Positions 1 through 9,200 of a stretch of 64,000 nucleotides of DNA are shown here, one piece after another. A program made the position numbers and the translations under genes. The notes beneath the pieces were generated by a model. The model made no database searches, was not told the origin of the DNA, and worked only from the letters and a program-made list of their open reading frames with translations. Each line of letters opens with the position of its first letter. The stretch's first letter is position 1. Source of the stretch: a virus; IMG/VR virus record IMGVR_UViG_3300050498_000393. One strand, written 5' to 3'.

Positions 1-19
1 TCACGCACTCGGCGACCAT
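1..19 (-). CDS. partial CDS, 5' end only (continues past window start)
   Basis: ATG at 19 (complement) with GGGAGAG 7 nt upstream. Reads MVAECV then leaves the window. Same operon as 32..955. Confidence 0.3.
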
Positions 20-31
20 GTCTCACTCTCC

Positions 32-955
32 CTAGCCCGGTACGCCGGGTGCGCCGGCCCCGAGGCCACCTATGGATACCGGTATCGCGAAGTGACAGCA
101 CTCCCACCCGATGACGTACGTTCGCTCAGCGATGGCGGTCACCGTGTTGTTCGAGCGAGTCAGGATCTCACCGTTGGTGCCGATCAACTTCACCGCCGAT
201 CGGTAACCGAAGAGCGCGCCGGTGGCGTAGATCCAGCGGGTACCGTTCGGTGGTGCGGTGCCATCGGGCGCCGTGCCCGGATACCCCGAACCGGCGACCA
301 CCTGGTTTCCGTTCCACGTGAACAGCTTCCCGCCTATCTGGCGTAGTTGCATCGCCTCGGCGAGCGGGGGAGTCACCGACATCGGCACGTGAATGACGCC
401 GACACCGTCGTAGCAAGTGGCGAGTCGTTCCTCGAGTAGGCCGATGCCCTCGACGACGTCAACGACGCCGCCGGTGACCGTGACGGCCGCCGTCTGCAAC
501 GTCACCATGCCCTCTACGAGCGCCGTGTTTGCGGCGAGGTGTGGGTACACGACGGGTTGCAGTCCGGCCACACCGGTCCAGAACGCACGTTCCACCTGTC
601 GCTGCTCGGTGCGGCCGATGAGCCGGAGTGCGTTTTCCTCGGCCTCATCCCAGAAACCCGGCGCCGAGCAATCGATCAGCGAGTACGGCGAGAACGCGGT
701 GGCGCCACGAAATGTCTTATCACCTGTGCTGCCCTTGGTGGGCGGGGGAGGCGGTGGTCCACCCGTGCCGGTAACCGAGAAGCAACCTTCGTACGTCAGA
801 CCGGTAACGGCGCCGGACGTCGAGCACAGCGGCTCATAGTCGACACCGAGCCGCCAGTGTGGATCAGAGTCGACACGAAAGTCGATCGCCGAGAACAGGC
901 CGAACGGAAGTGGTGTGAACCCGGGAGGTGGGACCTCCAGTCGTGCGTTGACCAT
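32..955 (-). CDS. virion structural protein, possibly a second HK97-fold capsid-like protein
   Basis: 307-aa ORF with ATG start, directly downstream of the capsid gene. Has a PPPPPP linker. The C-terminal part (VGVIHVPMS...IYATGALFGYRS...TAIAERTYVIGWE) resembles the C-terminal half of HK97-type capsid proteins. Function unproven. Confidence 0.6.
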   Translation of the reverse strand: MVNARLEVPPPGFTPLPFGLFSAIDFRVDSDPHWRLGVDYEPLCSTSGAVTGLTYEGCFSVTGTGGPPPPPPTKGSTGDKTFRGATAFSPYSLIDCSAPGFWDEAEENALRLIGRTEQRQVERAFWTGVAGLQPVVYPHLAANTALVEGMVTLQTAAVTVTGGVVDVVEGIGLLEERLATCYDGVGVIHVPMSVTPPLAEAMQLRQIGGKLFTWNGNQVVAGSGYPGTAPDGTAPPNGTRWIYATGALFGYRSAVKLIGTNGEILTRSNNTVTAIAERTYVIGWECCHFAIPVSIGGLGAGAPGVPG

Positions 956-1000
956 GTGTCCTCACCTCCCGCCGTCGAAGTCGATCGCCACGGTGGGCGC

Positions 1001-2719
1001 TTACACGCCGCAGGCGGTGAGGTCCGCGGCACCGGTGGTGCCATCCGGGCAGATCGGCACGGTGTACAGCCGGGACTCGTGACCCATCTTCGCGATCAAC
1101 CAGCACTCCTCCTGCCACTCGGCCGTGTGGTCGTTGGTGGCGTTGAGCACCGAATCACGGATGACACCGAGGTTGAGTCGCAGTCCCCGGCCGAGTACGA
1201 ACGTACCCGGCGCGTAGATCATGAACTGGACGGTGAGCGGCCAGACCACGATCGGCGTCGACTGACCCGGGAACCCGGAGGCCCGCACCTGCCAGTCATT
1301 AACCCACTGAACGCGAACGTTCTCGACGTCGAACATGTCCATGAGCGCGGCGTCGGCGACCGTAAGATACCGGAAGTCACCGCCTCGCTTCCGCAGGTCA
1401 GACCGCATCGCGGCGCGCACCCAACGGGGGAGGATAACCTCGAGGATCGCGTCTTCGCACATCGCGTACTTCTCACGGTAGTCGATCGCGGCGAGTGAGA
1501 TCGCACCGAGCACCGGCGCGACGAGGCCGGATCCCGCGGCACCCATGCCGGTGATCGCCGTACCGCTGGCCGTGAGCAACTTCGCGATGTACCGACCGTT
1601 CATCTTGTGCGCGTGTGCCGCGAACAGCAACTTGGTGTGATTCGCGATCAACTCGGGGAACGCATCCTCCGTCAGGTTACCGACGGTGAGACAGATGCCG
1701 TCACACTCGAGACGTTCCTCGAGGAAGGACGGACACGGTACCCGTGCGCAGGTCTTGGTGCCGGCGCCGGTGCCGGTGACGGCCGCGACATCCTGCAGTT
1801 CGGTCCACGACCACATCGCCGCGTTACCGACCAGGTCACCGAACGAGGCCGACACTGGGAAGCGAATGCCACCCCGGTTGATGCCGATCGTCGGAAGGTC
1901 GATCATGCCGTCTTCACAGACGATGTTGTAGAAGTCATACGAGATCTCACTCGGCGCGCACCAGCCACCCGCGGCGACCAGCGCCTCCGGGTCCGTGGCC
2001 GCGGTGAGCACGTCATTGATCTGCTCAGGTGTCGCATCCGGGCCGAGGGTGTACCGGAACTGACGCTCGAGCGCCGCGATCGGGTAGCGCGTCGCGCGCT
2101 CCCAGTCCTCATCGGCACCCCGCACCGCCGCGATCGGCAACGCGCGGGCGCGCGCCGTCATCGCGGCGACCAGCGAGTCCATGCCGTCCAGCCTACCGCC
2201 CGTGGTGAAACCCGGGATGTCGGCGGAGGCCACGAGCACCGGCTCGGTGCGCGGCGCCTTGATCTTCGGCGCGTGCGTCTGCGCGTCCGCGAGTGACAAA
2301 TTCAGCTTGCGAGTCGCACGCCGCGCCGGCTGGGTCGTCGCGCCGCCGGCGACCACCGCGACCGCCGGCGCCGGAGTACCCTCGCCGGCGCCCTCATTGT
2401 CACCCTCGCCGCCCTCGGCGTCTCCGTCACCCTCGCCGTCCTCGGGCTCCTCGGGCTGAACGTGCACCCGGGCCATGAGGGCCTCGCGACCGGCGGCGAT
2501 GTCCGCGCGTTCCTGGATACGGCGTGCGTTCTCGCCGCGAACCGTGTCGACCATGTCGGCCAGCTCGGTTGCGCGCGCCAGTCCGTCCGCGTTGATGTTC
2601 GGATCGCCGGTGACCTCGTCAAACTCGGCGGTGGCGTCCGTCTCGAACGTCGCGAGTTCCTCGTCACTCAGCGCGGTGTAGTCCTCGGGAGGCTGGACCG
2701 GCCCCTTGTTCTTTGCCAC
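1001..2719 (-). CDS. major capsid protein with N-terminal coiled-coil/acidic delta-like region
   Basis: ORF track gives 1001..2776. I prefer the in-frame GTG at 2719 (AGGTGG upstream), which lies downstream of hairpin 2761-2792. A charged helical N-terminus and acidic EPEDGEGDGDAEGGEGD linker precede the GGWCAPSE... capsid-like body. Follows the protease gene. Confidence 0.75.
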   Translation of the reverse strand: MAKNKGPVQPPEDYTALSDEELATFETDATAEFDEVTGDPNINADGLARATELADMVDTVRGENARRIQERADIAAGREALMARVHVQPEEPEDGEGDGDAEGGEGDNEGAGEGTPAPAVAVVAGGATTQPARRATRKLNLSLADAQTHAPKIKAPRTEPVLVASADIPGFTTGGRLDGMDSLVAAMTARARALPIAAVRGADEDWERATRYPIAALERQFRYTLGPDATPEQINDVLTAATDPEALVAAGGWCAPSEISYDFYNIVCEDGMIDLPTIGINRGGIRFPVSASFGDLVGNAAMWSWTELQDVAAVTGTGAGTKTCARVPCPSFLEERLECDGICLTVGNLTEDAFPELIANHTKLLFAAHAHKMNGRYIAKLLTASGTAITGMGAAGSGLVAPVLGAISLAAIDYREKYAMCEDAILEVILPRWVRAAMRSDLRKRGGDFRYLTVADAALMDMFDVENVRVQWVNDWQVRASGFPGQSTPIVVWPLTVQFMIYAPGTFVLGRGLRLNLGVIRDSVLNATNDHTAEWQEECWLIAKMGHESRLYTVPICPDGTTGAADLTACGV

Positions 2720-2760
2720 GGCGTGCCACCTATCGCATCTGCTTCGTAGTGACAAGGATC

Positions 2761-2792
2761 GGCCCGGTACCAGCATACGGAGGTACCGGGCC
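2761..2792 (-). promoter_or_regulatory. perfect 11-bp stem-loop upstream of the capsid gene
   Basis: GGCCCGGTACC-N10-GGTACCGGGCC, between the small ORF stop (2820) and the capsid GTG (2719). Could be an attenuator or RNA-processing site. Confidence 0.5.
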
Positions 2793-2819
2793 GACTGTCA
2801 AACGAAACCGTGGTGAGAT

Positions 2820-2981
2820 TTAGCCGCGCGAGTTGGCGATGGCCGCCCGGACGCTGGACAACTCGGCCGCGCGACGCTCTCGCATGGTCTGCGTAACCGG
2901 TGCGATCGTCGACGTGTCTACCGGCTCCGTGAGCTGCGCCGAGGTCACCGCCTCCTTCGTCTTACCGCAACCGCAAGCCAT
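2820..2981 (-). CDS. small head-module protein (53 aa, MACGCGK...)
   Basis: Not in the ORF track (<60 aa). ATG at 2981 with a GGAGGAG Shine-Dalgarno (SD). Fills the gap between the protease stop (2985) and the capsid gene. Confidence 0.5.
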   Translation of the reverse strand: MACGCGKTKEAVTSAQLTEPVDTSTIAPVTQTMRERRAAELSSVRAAIANSRG

Positions 2982-2984
2982 TGT

Positions 2985-5486
2985 TCACTCCTCCAGTGCG
3001 TTTCGGCGACGCCGACGCGTCTCCTCATCCATCTCATCTGAGAGTAGTCTCTCGAGTGTCCGAAGTTCACGCGCCTCATCCTCATCGAGACCCTGATCCT
3101 CGGCCTGCGCCTGAAGCTGATGCAGTCGTTTCCGATTCCCCGAACGCGTGGGACCTTCGACCGGGAAGTCGACGTAGTCCACGTCGCCGCCATCTCCGAT
3201 GTTCGGGACGCTTGAGATGCGGCCGCGACCGTGACCACCGTCACCCACGCTGTCATCTACCCACTTGCCGGTGGCGGGGTTTCGCTTCTGGTTTTTACGG
3301 AAGCGAAAGCTGGCATCATCTCCCACGTCCAGCGTCGCGGTCGAGTGCACCCGTGACTTCAACGCCGCCACGCGGTCGGCCGGTGTGCGACCGAGCCGTC
3401 GCTGTAGGCTGGCGACGACGACGTCGAACGCGTTACGCTCGACGCGCGACCGCTGCAGCTCGAAGTCGACGTCCGCGTCGGCGTGAACGACGCGCACCGG
3501 CACGGACGCCGCGACGAGCTCACCGTTGTCCACCTGAACGGTCGGGGCGCTCCGAGCCAGCGGGAAACCCGGCACGGGTACGAGCAGTGCGGCCACGAGC
3601 TCGCGGCGTCCCGGCTGATCGCGGATTGGCTGCCAGTCACCGGAGAGCCGGCACGTCATCATCTTCGTGATCTGCTCGGCGGTGACGCCGGCCACCAACG
3701 CGCCGGCCACCCACGTGCCACGCTCCGACTCGCCGACGTTGACGCGCGCCACGATCGAGCACGTGTTGTGGTAGTGGTCGGGCGCCCAGTTCAGGTCGGC
3801 GCGTCGCGGGTCGTGCGGGTTGGCGTGGCCGCACTCCATGGTGATCGGTCCGGTGACCACGCGTCCTCCGCCGGCGACGATGGTCTCGCCTCCGAGGAAC
3901 CGCCGGTAGTCGACGTTCCGCGGCGCGTACACCCTGCGGTCGGCGAACGACCGGTGGGCGACGTTGGCCGGCGCGAGCCAGCCGTACACGCGACCCTGGT
4001 CGGTGACGGTGAGCGCGCCGTGTTGCTGGACATCCAGCGGTTCGGCGAACCACTCGGCCGGCGGCACGTCCGAGATCGTGATGACGTGAGCCGCGGCGGT
4101 CAGCGGCTCGGCGGGGGGTGTCGGTGCCATGCCGGCGGCCTCCAGGTGTCGCTGTAGGTGGGCGCGCGCCCGCTCGACGCGCTCGGCGGGTAGCCGCATT
4201 AGATCCAGCGCACGCAGCGCCGCGGTAACGCCGGTGACGTTGGCCGGACCGGCGACGCCGTTCTCGTCCACCTCGTGGTGCAGCAGCGCGCAGTCGTCGC
4301 GCGACGTCATGCCGCTGGTGTGCCAGTTAACGGTCGCGAACGCGCGCAGCGCGCTGGTCAACTTGAGGTCACGCGGCAACCGCGACGCGTGAAGCGGTGC
4401 GTTCCACGGTCCGTCAGACAACTCGATGAAGTGCTGCTCGCTGAGTGCGTAGGCGGGCGAACGCGTCGACTCGGGCGGGCTACCCACCCCGCTGGCCGGT
4501 GGACTCTCGCTGCGTAGGTAGATCCGCGACTCGGTGAACGCCGGGTACTCGACGAGTGTCGCGCCGCGCAGTCGTCCCTTGTGGTAGATGGTCTTCTCGG
4601 GCTTGCCGAAGACCAAGGACACGACGTCACCCTCGAGTCCTTCGGTCTGCGGCTGCTCCGGGTAGATCTCCTCAACGAACGCGTCCTTGGTCGAGTCGAC
4701 CATACCCGAGACGCCGGTGAGTCGCGGCGTCGGCTTCTCGGACATGCGTCGGAACGCCTCGTGCGCGTGATCGTCGGGCGGACCGCCGAGGTCGAGCGTA
4801 CCGCGTCCGTTGACGAGCATGACCGGTTCGGGGTGCCCCGGCAACATCACGGGTCCCTCACGCCACACCTCGTGGATGGTGCCCACGCGTGTCGTCTTGT
4901 CGTTGGTGCCGCCGTGACTGTACTCGTACTGCCAGTCGAGCGGCATGTTACCGCTGGCCGGGTCATCCCAGTCGAGAGAGTTGTGCGCGAACTCGCGGCC
5001 GTCACCCGACTCGATGCCCTCGACGATCAGCGTGCCTTCCCAGGCGCCGGTCTCGTCGACGGTGAAGCCGAGCGTGTCCTCGGTCTGCGTCGTAAACGTC
5101 TCGCCGTCGAGCTCACTGGGCACGGTTCCTCCTCGGGGCCACTCGCCGGTCGCGGCCTTGTGATACTCGGCGCAGAGTCCGCCCGGATCCGTTATGGAAG
5201 GATGCTTACTCAGGTGCCGGATGCAGCGACCCATCGCGCCGTCGGTGCCCCACCGGATCTTGACGGCACCCTCGCCACGCGTCCAGTACTTAAGCAGACC
5301 ACGACCGCCGGGTGCGACCGCGAGCGAGAGCTCGTACACCTCGATCTCGGTGGTGTTCGCGTTCGCGTAGAGGGCGCGTACCTGCGCCTCGGCGGACGAC
5401 TCGCTGTCGTGACACGCGACGGTGGACGAGTCGGCGGCCTTCACGACGCACCACTTATCGCCGCGCTTCTCGACGTCCCACGGCAC
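2985..5486 (-). CDS. capsid maturation protease / scaffold-like fusion (833 aa)
   Basis: Lies between the MuF/2H genes and the capsid gene. Segments YWTRGEGAVKIRWGTDGAMGRCIRHLSKH..GLCAEYH and ITMECGHANPHD..WAPDHYHNTCSIVARV are typical of actinophage prohead proteases. Has a charged helical C-terminal tail. GGAGGAGG SD. Confidence 0.65.
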   Translation of the reverse strand: MPWDVEKRGDKWCVVKAADSSTVACHDSESSAEAQVRALYANANTTEIEVYELSLAVAPGGRGLLKYWTRGEGAVKIRWGTDGAMGRCIRHLSKHPSITDPGGLCAEYHKAATGEWPRGGTVPSELDGETFTTQTEDTLGFTVDETGAWEGTLIVEGIESGDGREFAHNSLDWDDPASGNMPLDWQYEYSHGGTNDKTTRVGTIHEVWREGPVMLPGHPEPVMLVNGRGTLDLGGPPDDHAHEAFRRMSEKPTPRLTGVSGMVDSTKDAFVEEIYPEQPQTEGLEGDVVSLVFGKPEKTIYHKGRLRGATLVEYPAFTESRIYLRSESPPASGVGSPPESTRSPAYALSEQHFIELSDGPWNAPLHASRLPRDLKLTSALRAFATVNWHTSGMTSRDDCALLHHEVDENGVAGPANVTGVTAALRALDLMRLPAERVERARAHLQRHLEAAGMAPTPPAEPLTAAAHVITISDVPPAEWFAEPLDVQQHGALTVTDQGRVYGWLAPANVAHRSFADRRVYAPRNVDYRRFLGGETIVAGGGRVVTGPITMECGHANPHDPRRADLNWAPDHYHNTCSIVARVNVGESERGTWVAGALVAGVTAEQITKMMTCRLSGDWQPIRDQPGRRELVAALLVPVPGFPLARSAPTVQVDNGELVAASVPVRVVHADADVDFELQRSRVERNAFDVVVASLQRRLGRTPADRVAALKSRVHSTATLDVGDDASFRFRKNQKRNPATGKWVDDSVGDGGHGRGRISSVPNIGDGGDVDYVDFPVEGPTRSGNRKRLHQLQAQAEDQGLDEDEARELRTLERLLSDEMDEETRRRRRNALEE

Positions 5487-5523
5487 GGCGCACCTCCTCC
5501 ACCCGCTGGTCGCTAGGGTAGCA

Positions 5524-6252
5524 CTAGGAGGAGATCTCGCCGAGTGGGATGTCGACCACCTCGTCAGAGAACGCGACGCGGATCCGGTCGAAGATGATCG
5601 GACCGGTGAGCTCGGCCAGCGACTCCACGTCCACGTCGCCGCCCTCCGCGTAGAGCAGGGTGACGTGCGGGATCCACGGCGAGCGCTGCTCGGGCATCAC
5701 CCAACCGTCGTCGCGTACCGCACCGAGTGTCTCACACACGCTCCACTGGAGCTCCTCGAGCGCGCCGGTGTCATCGCCGACTATTAGCACGACGCACGGC
5801 TCGTCACCCTGCGGGTTGAACTCGGCGACGGCGAACGCGCTGCCGGTGACCGGAACGTCGACCGCGTGGTGCAGCAGTTGCTTGATAATCTCACCGCGTG
5901 CGGCGGGTGGCACCGTGCTGGCTGCACCGAGGAACGCGAGCGTTAGGTGCAGCTGTTCTTCATCCTCACCGCCGTCGACGGCCAGTCGCTCGGCGTCGAC
6001 GACTCGTGGCACGAGCGCGATCATGGCGCCGGTGTGTGACTCGCCGGCCGCGGTGAGGATACCAAGCACCTCCGCATCGGTGAGCTCGCGTTCCGCGACG
6101 ATCGTAGACGACGCGATCTCCTGCCACGGCGGCACGCCGGTGGTCAGAAAGCGACGCGCCTGACCGTCGCTCAACGGCACGGCCTCGACCAGCGTCGTCA
6201 ACCTGAAGCCGTGGTCACTCTCGACGGGTCCCACGTTCGACGGCTGGGTCAC
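5524..6252 (-). CDS. 2H phosphoesterase superfamily protein (LigT/CPDase/Acb1-like)
   Basis: Two H-x-T-x motifs: H102-L-T-L (EQLHLTLAFLG) and H196-V-T-L (IPHVTLLY). The start abuts the stop of the MuF gene. Confidence 0.75.
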   Translation of the reverse strand: MTQPSNVGPVESDHGFRLTTLVEAVPLSDGQARRFLTTGVPPWQEIASSTIVAERELTDAEVLGILTAAGESHTGAMIALVPRVVDAERLAVDGGEDEEQLHLTLAFLGAASTVPPAARGEIIKQLLHHAVDVPVTGSAFAVAEFNPQGDEPCVVLIVGDDTGALEELQWSVCETLGAVRDDGWVMPEQRSPWIPHVTLLYAEGGDVDVESLAELTGPIIFDRIRVAFSDEVVDIPLGEISS

Positions 6253-9200
6253 GGCTCCGGCACCACCCTCAAGCGCACCACGATCTTACTACCGACCTTC
6301 TTCACCGAGATGATCCGGAAGTGGAGGCCGGCGGCCAGCGTCATCTCGTTCTCGGACTTGAAGTGAGAGATCGGTCGAACGTACGCCATGGGCGTTCCCG
6401 GCGGCGCCTCGATCTCGAGTCGCACGGTCTTCGAGAACGCCTCCTTACCCCCGACGCTGGTCGAGCTGAAGCCGTCCGCCCGGTACGTCTGGCCAACCAT
6501 CGCCAGTAGTTGATCATAGCTCTTCGCGCCGCCGACGCCGTCCAGGCCGGTGCCGCGGTGTAACAGCATCGGTCGCGTGGACGGCCGCATGCCGGCCTGT
6601 ATGTGAATCATCGCCGTCTCGTTCGAGGACGAGAGCGAGTCGGAGTCACCCCACAGGTACGAGTTGATCGAGTAGTAGATGCCGCCGGTGTACGCGGTGA
6701 GGCCGGCCTGCTCCTCACTGGTCCAGTCCCCGTACTTCTTCTTGGACGCCTTGGACGCGGCGAGCGCATCGATGGTCGACACGACGTCGTACGTGTACTT
6801 ACCGGTCGTGTCGAAGTCCTCGATCTCGGCCGGAACCTTGAGCTTAGGCTTCTCAGGCTTCGGGATCGGCAGGCCCGCGGCCGCCGCGGCGCCCTTCGGT
6901 GTCTTGAGCCACGCGAGTACGTTGTTCTGGTAGGCCTTCGCGTCGTTGCCGGTGGCCTTGACCTTCGCCGCGCGGATCTCGTCGAGTACCTGTAGCACCT
7001 GCAGCAACGATAGGTTGTAGTCGCTACCAACTTGCTTAGCCGCGGTGTAGATCGCGGCGGGTGAACCCTTCGCGGATGAGGTGCTCGGCAGCTTCTTGAA
7101 CTCGGCGTAGATCTCCTGCTTGGTGGCGGCCGGAAGGTGACCGATGCCCGATGTGGTGATGTCGGGTGGCTCGGCGCCGGGTGTGAGCGGCGCGGTGGAC
7201 GTGGGTGACTGACCCAGCGCCTCCTTCAACTGCGCAATCGACAGTCCTGACTGCACGGCGCCCTTGTTGGTCTTAAGCCACTTGTGGATCTTGTCGGTGT
7301 GGGGCGTCGGTGACTTCTTGGTCTTGGTACCCTCGTCGAGCGCGTGCAAGATCTGCAATGTGCTATACGCGGGGTAAAGCTGCTTGATCTTCTTAACCGC
7401 GGCCCAGATGTCCTCGGGCTTCGAGTACCAGTGAGCGCCTTGCTCCTTAGCGAGCGTCTGCATGAACTGCTTCGACGCCGCTGAGATACCCGAAGTGTCG
7501 CCGACGACAGACGGTGTGACAACCGGCACGACAGACACCGGCGAGGTAACGCTACCGGGCGCCGGGTAGTCAGCTTGCTGGCCCGGCGTGCTCGGTACCT
7601 CCCACTGCCCGAACCACGGCTGTTTGCTCTGCTTGATGACTTCCTGCTTACCGACGACACTGACCTTCGACCATGTGCCGTCCCAGTTCTTTTTCTCGAA
7701 CGTGTACGTCGTCGAGTTCTTAACCAGTCGCCACTGCCCATCTACCGACGTCGCAATGAGCGTACCGGGTGAAAACTTCCCACCGAGCAAACCCTGCCAG
7801 TTCTGGATCGTAAGCTCATTCTCAACGTAACCACCCGACACGTCGGGCTCACCGGTCCACGGCACCCACTTCGACCCGTAGCCAAACGTCAGTTGCTCGA
7901 TCTGCGTGGAGGCGATGTCGCCGTCGTCACTGAGACTGACGTCGTCGATCGACAGCCACGTCCCGTGAAGCTGCTTCTTCTCGACCGTGATCGTGTTGCT
8001 GGCGTAGCTGTTGATAATGAGTCGGTACGTACCGTCGTGAGTCACCGCGATCGGTATCGTGGGATCGTACTCCTGCTCGTAGATGCCCGTGAGAACGCTG
8101 GACCAGTCGACGCCCTCGGCGATCACGTCCTCGGAGATCGTGGATGTCGTAGGCGTCGGCAGCTCCGTGAGCGAGAACGCCGGTGACGCCACGGCGTGCC
8201 ACTCCGGTGCGTAGTTGAGCAGCTCACTATGCAGCTTATCGCCGGTGTCATACGTGTAAAGATCAATTGAATCGAGTTGTGACACGTACCACCGGGTGGT
8301 GTATGAGACCAAAAAGACACCGGTGTTGGTGCTCTGCGTGAGCTGATACTTGCCACCCGACGGCGTGATCGCCTCCGCGACCGCCGTGCCACTCGGGTAG
8401 TCACCCGCGTAGTTGCCTTCGATGATTTGATCCCAGTTGGGTGTGGTACCTACGTCAACGTCCCCGGGCTGCCCTACCAGATCGGGCGCGTTCGTGGCCT
8501 GGGGAGGAAGTGACGGTTCACCACCAGGGATGAACCAGCCGGTCTGACTCTTAAGCTTGGTGTACGCCTCCTTCTTGGAGTACGAGAATGATGTCGTCTT
8601 CGTTGGGCCTACGATGGTGTGCACGTACTTCTTTTGCCCATCATCCCACACGAGTTTCTGGCTGCCATCTGCCGAAACGGCGATAACATCACCGTCCGCG
8701 TATGGCTCCTTCGGCCAGATGACACCCGTGGTGATCTTAAGCGGGTCACCGGGCTTACCCTTCGGCTTCTTCGCACCACCCGAGAGTGTCGGACCTGCCT
8801 TCTCCTTCACGGGTGACTCGACGAGCGACTCGAGCTGCGGCGTGGATACCGGCTTAGACTTCGAAGGCTCCCCGTCATAGAGATCAAAGATCGCCTCGAT
8901 GTTCTTAGCCAGCGCCGGGTGCAGTTGCCCAGACTGCTCGAGCTCCTTGATCTCCGCGTAGGTGAGCCACTTCGCGTCGCCGGTCTCGGTCTGGTCCACA
9001 ACCGGGTCGAACATCTCGGGCGCGTCGGCGGCGATGGACGAGTACACCCACGGCTGCTTACCCTCGATCGGCACGGCCGTCGAGTGCGTGCCGACCTTCT
9101 TCATCGAGCCGACGTAGTCCGCGGGCGCGCCGATCTCCTCGTGGATCTCGCGCGCGGCACCCTGCTCAGGTGTCTCGAATTCATCGATGGCGCCCCCGGC

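Noticed and set aside
1001-2776. Capsid gene start at 2776, as in the ORF track.
   Set aside because: That start would lie inside the perfect 11-bp hairpin (2761-2792) and adds 19 Arg/Ser-rich residues. The in-frame GTG at 2719 has an AGGTGG SD.
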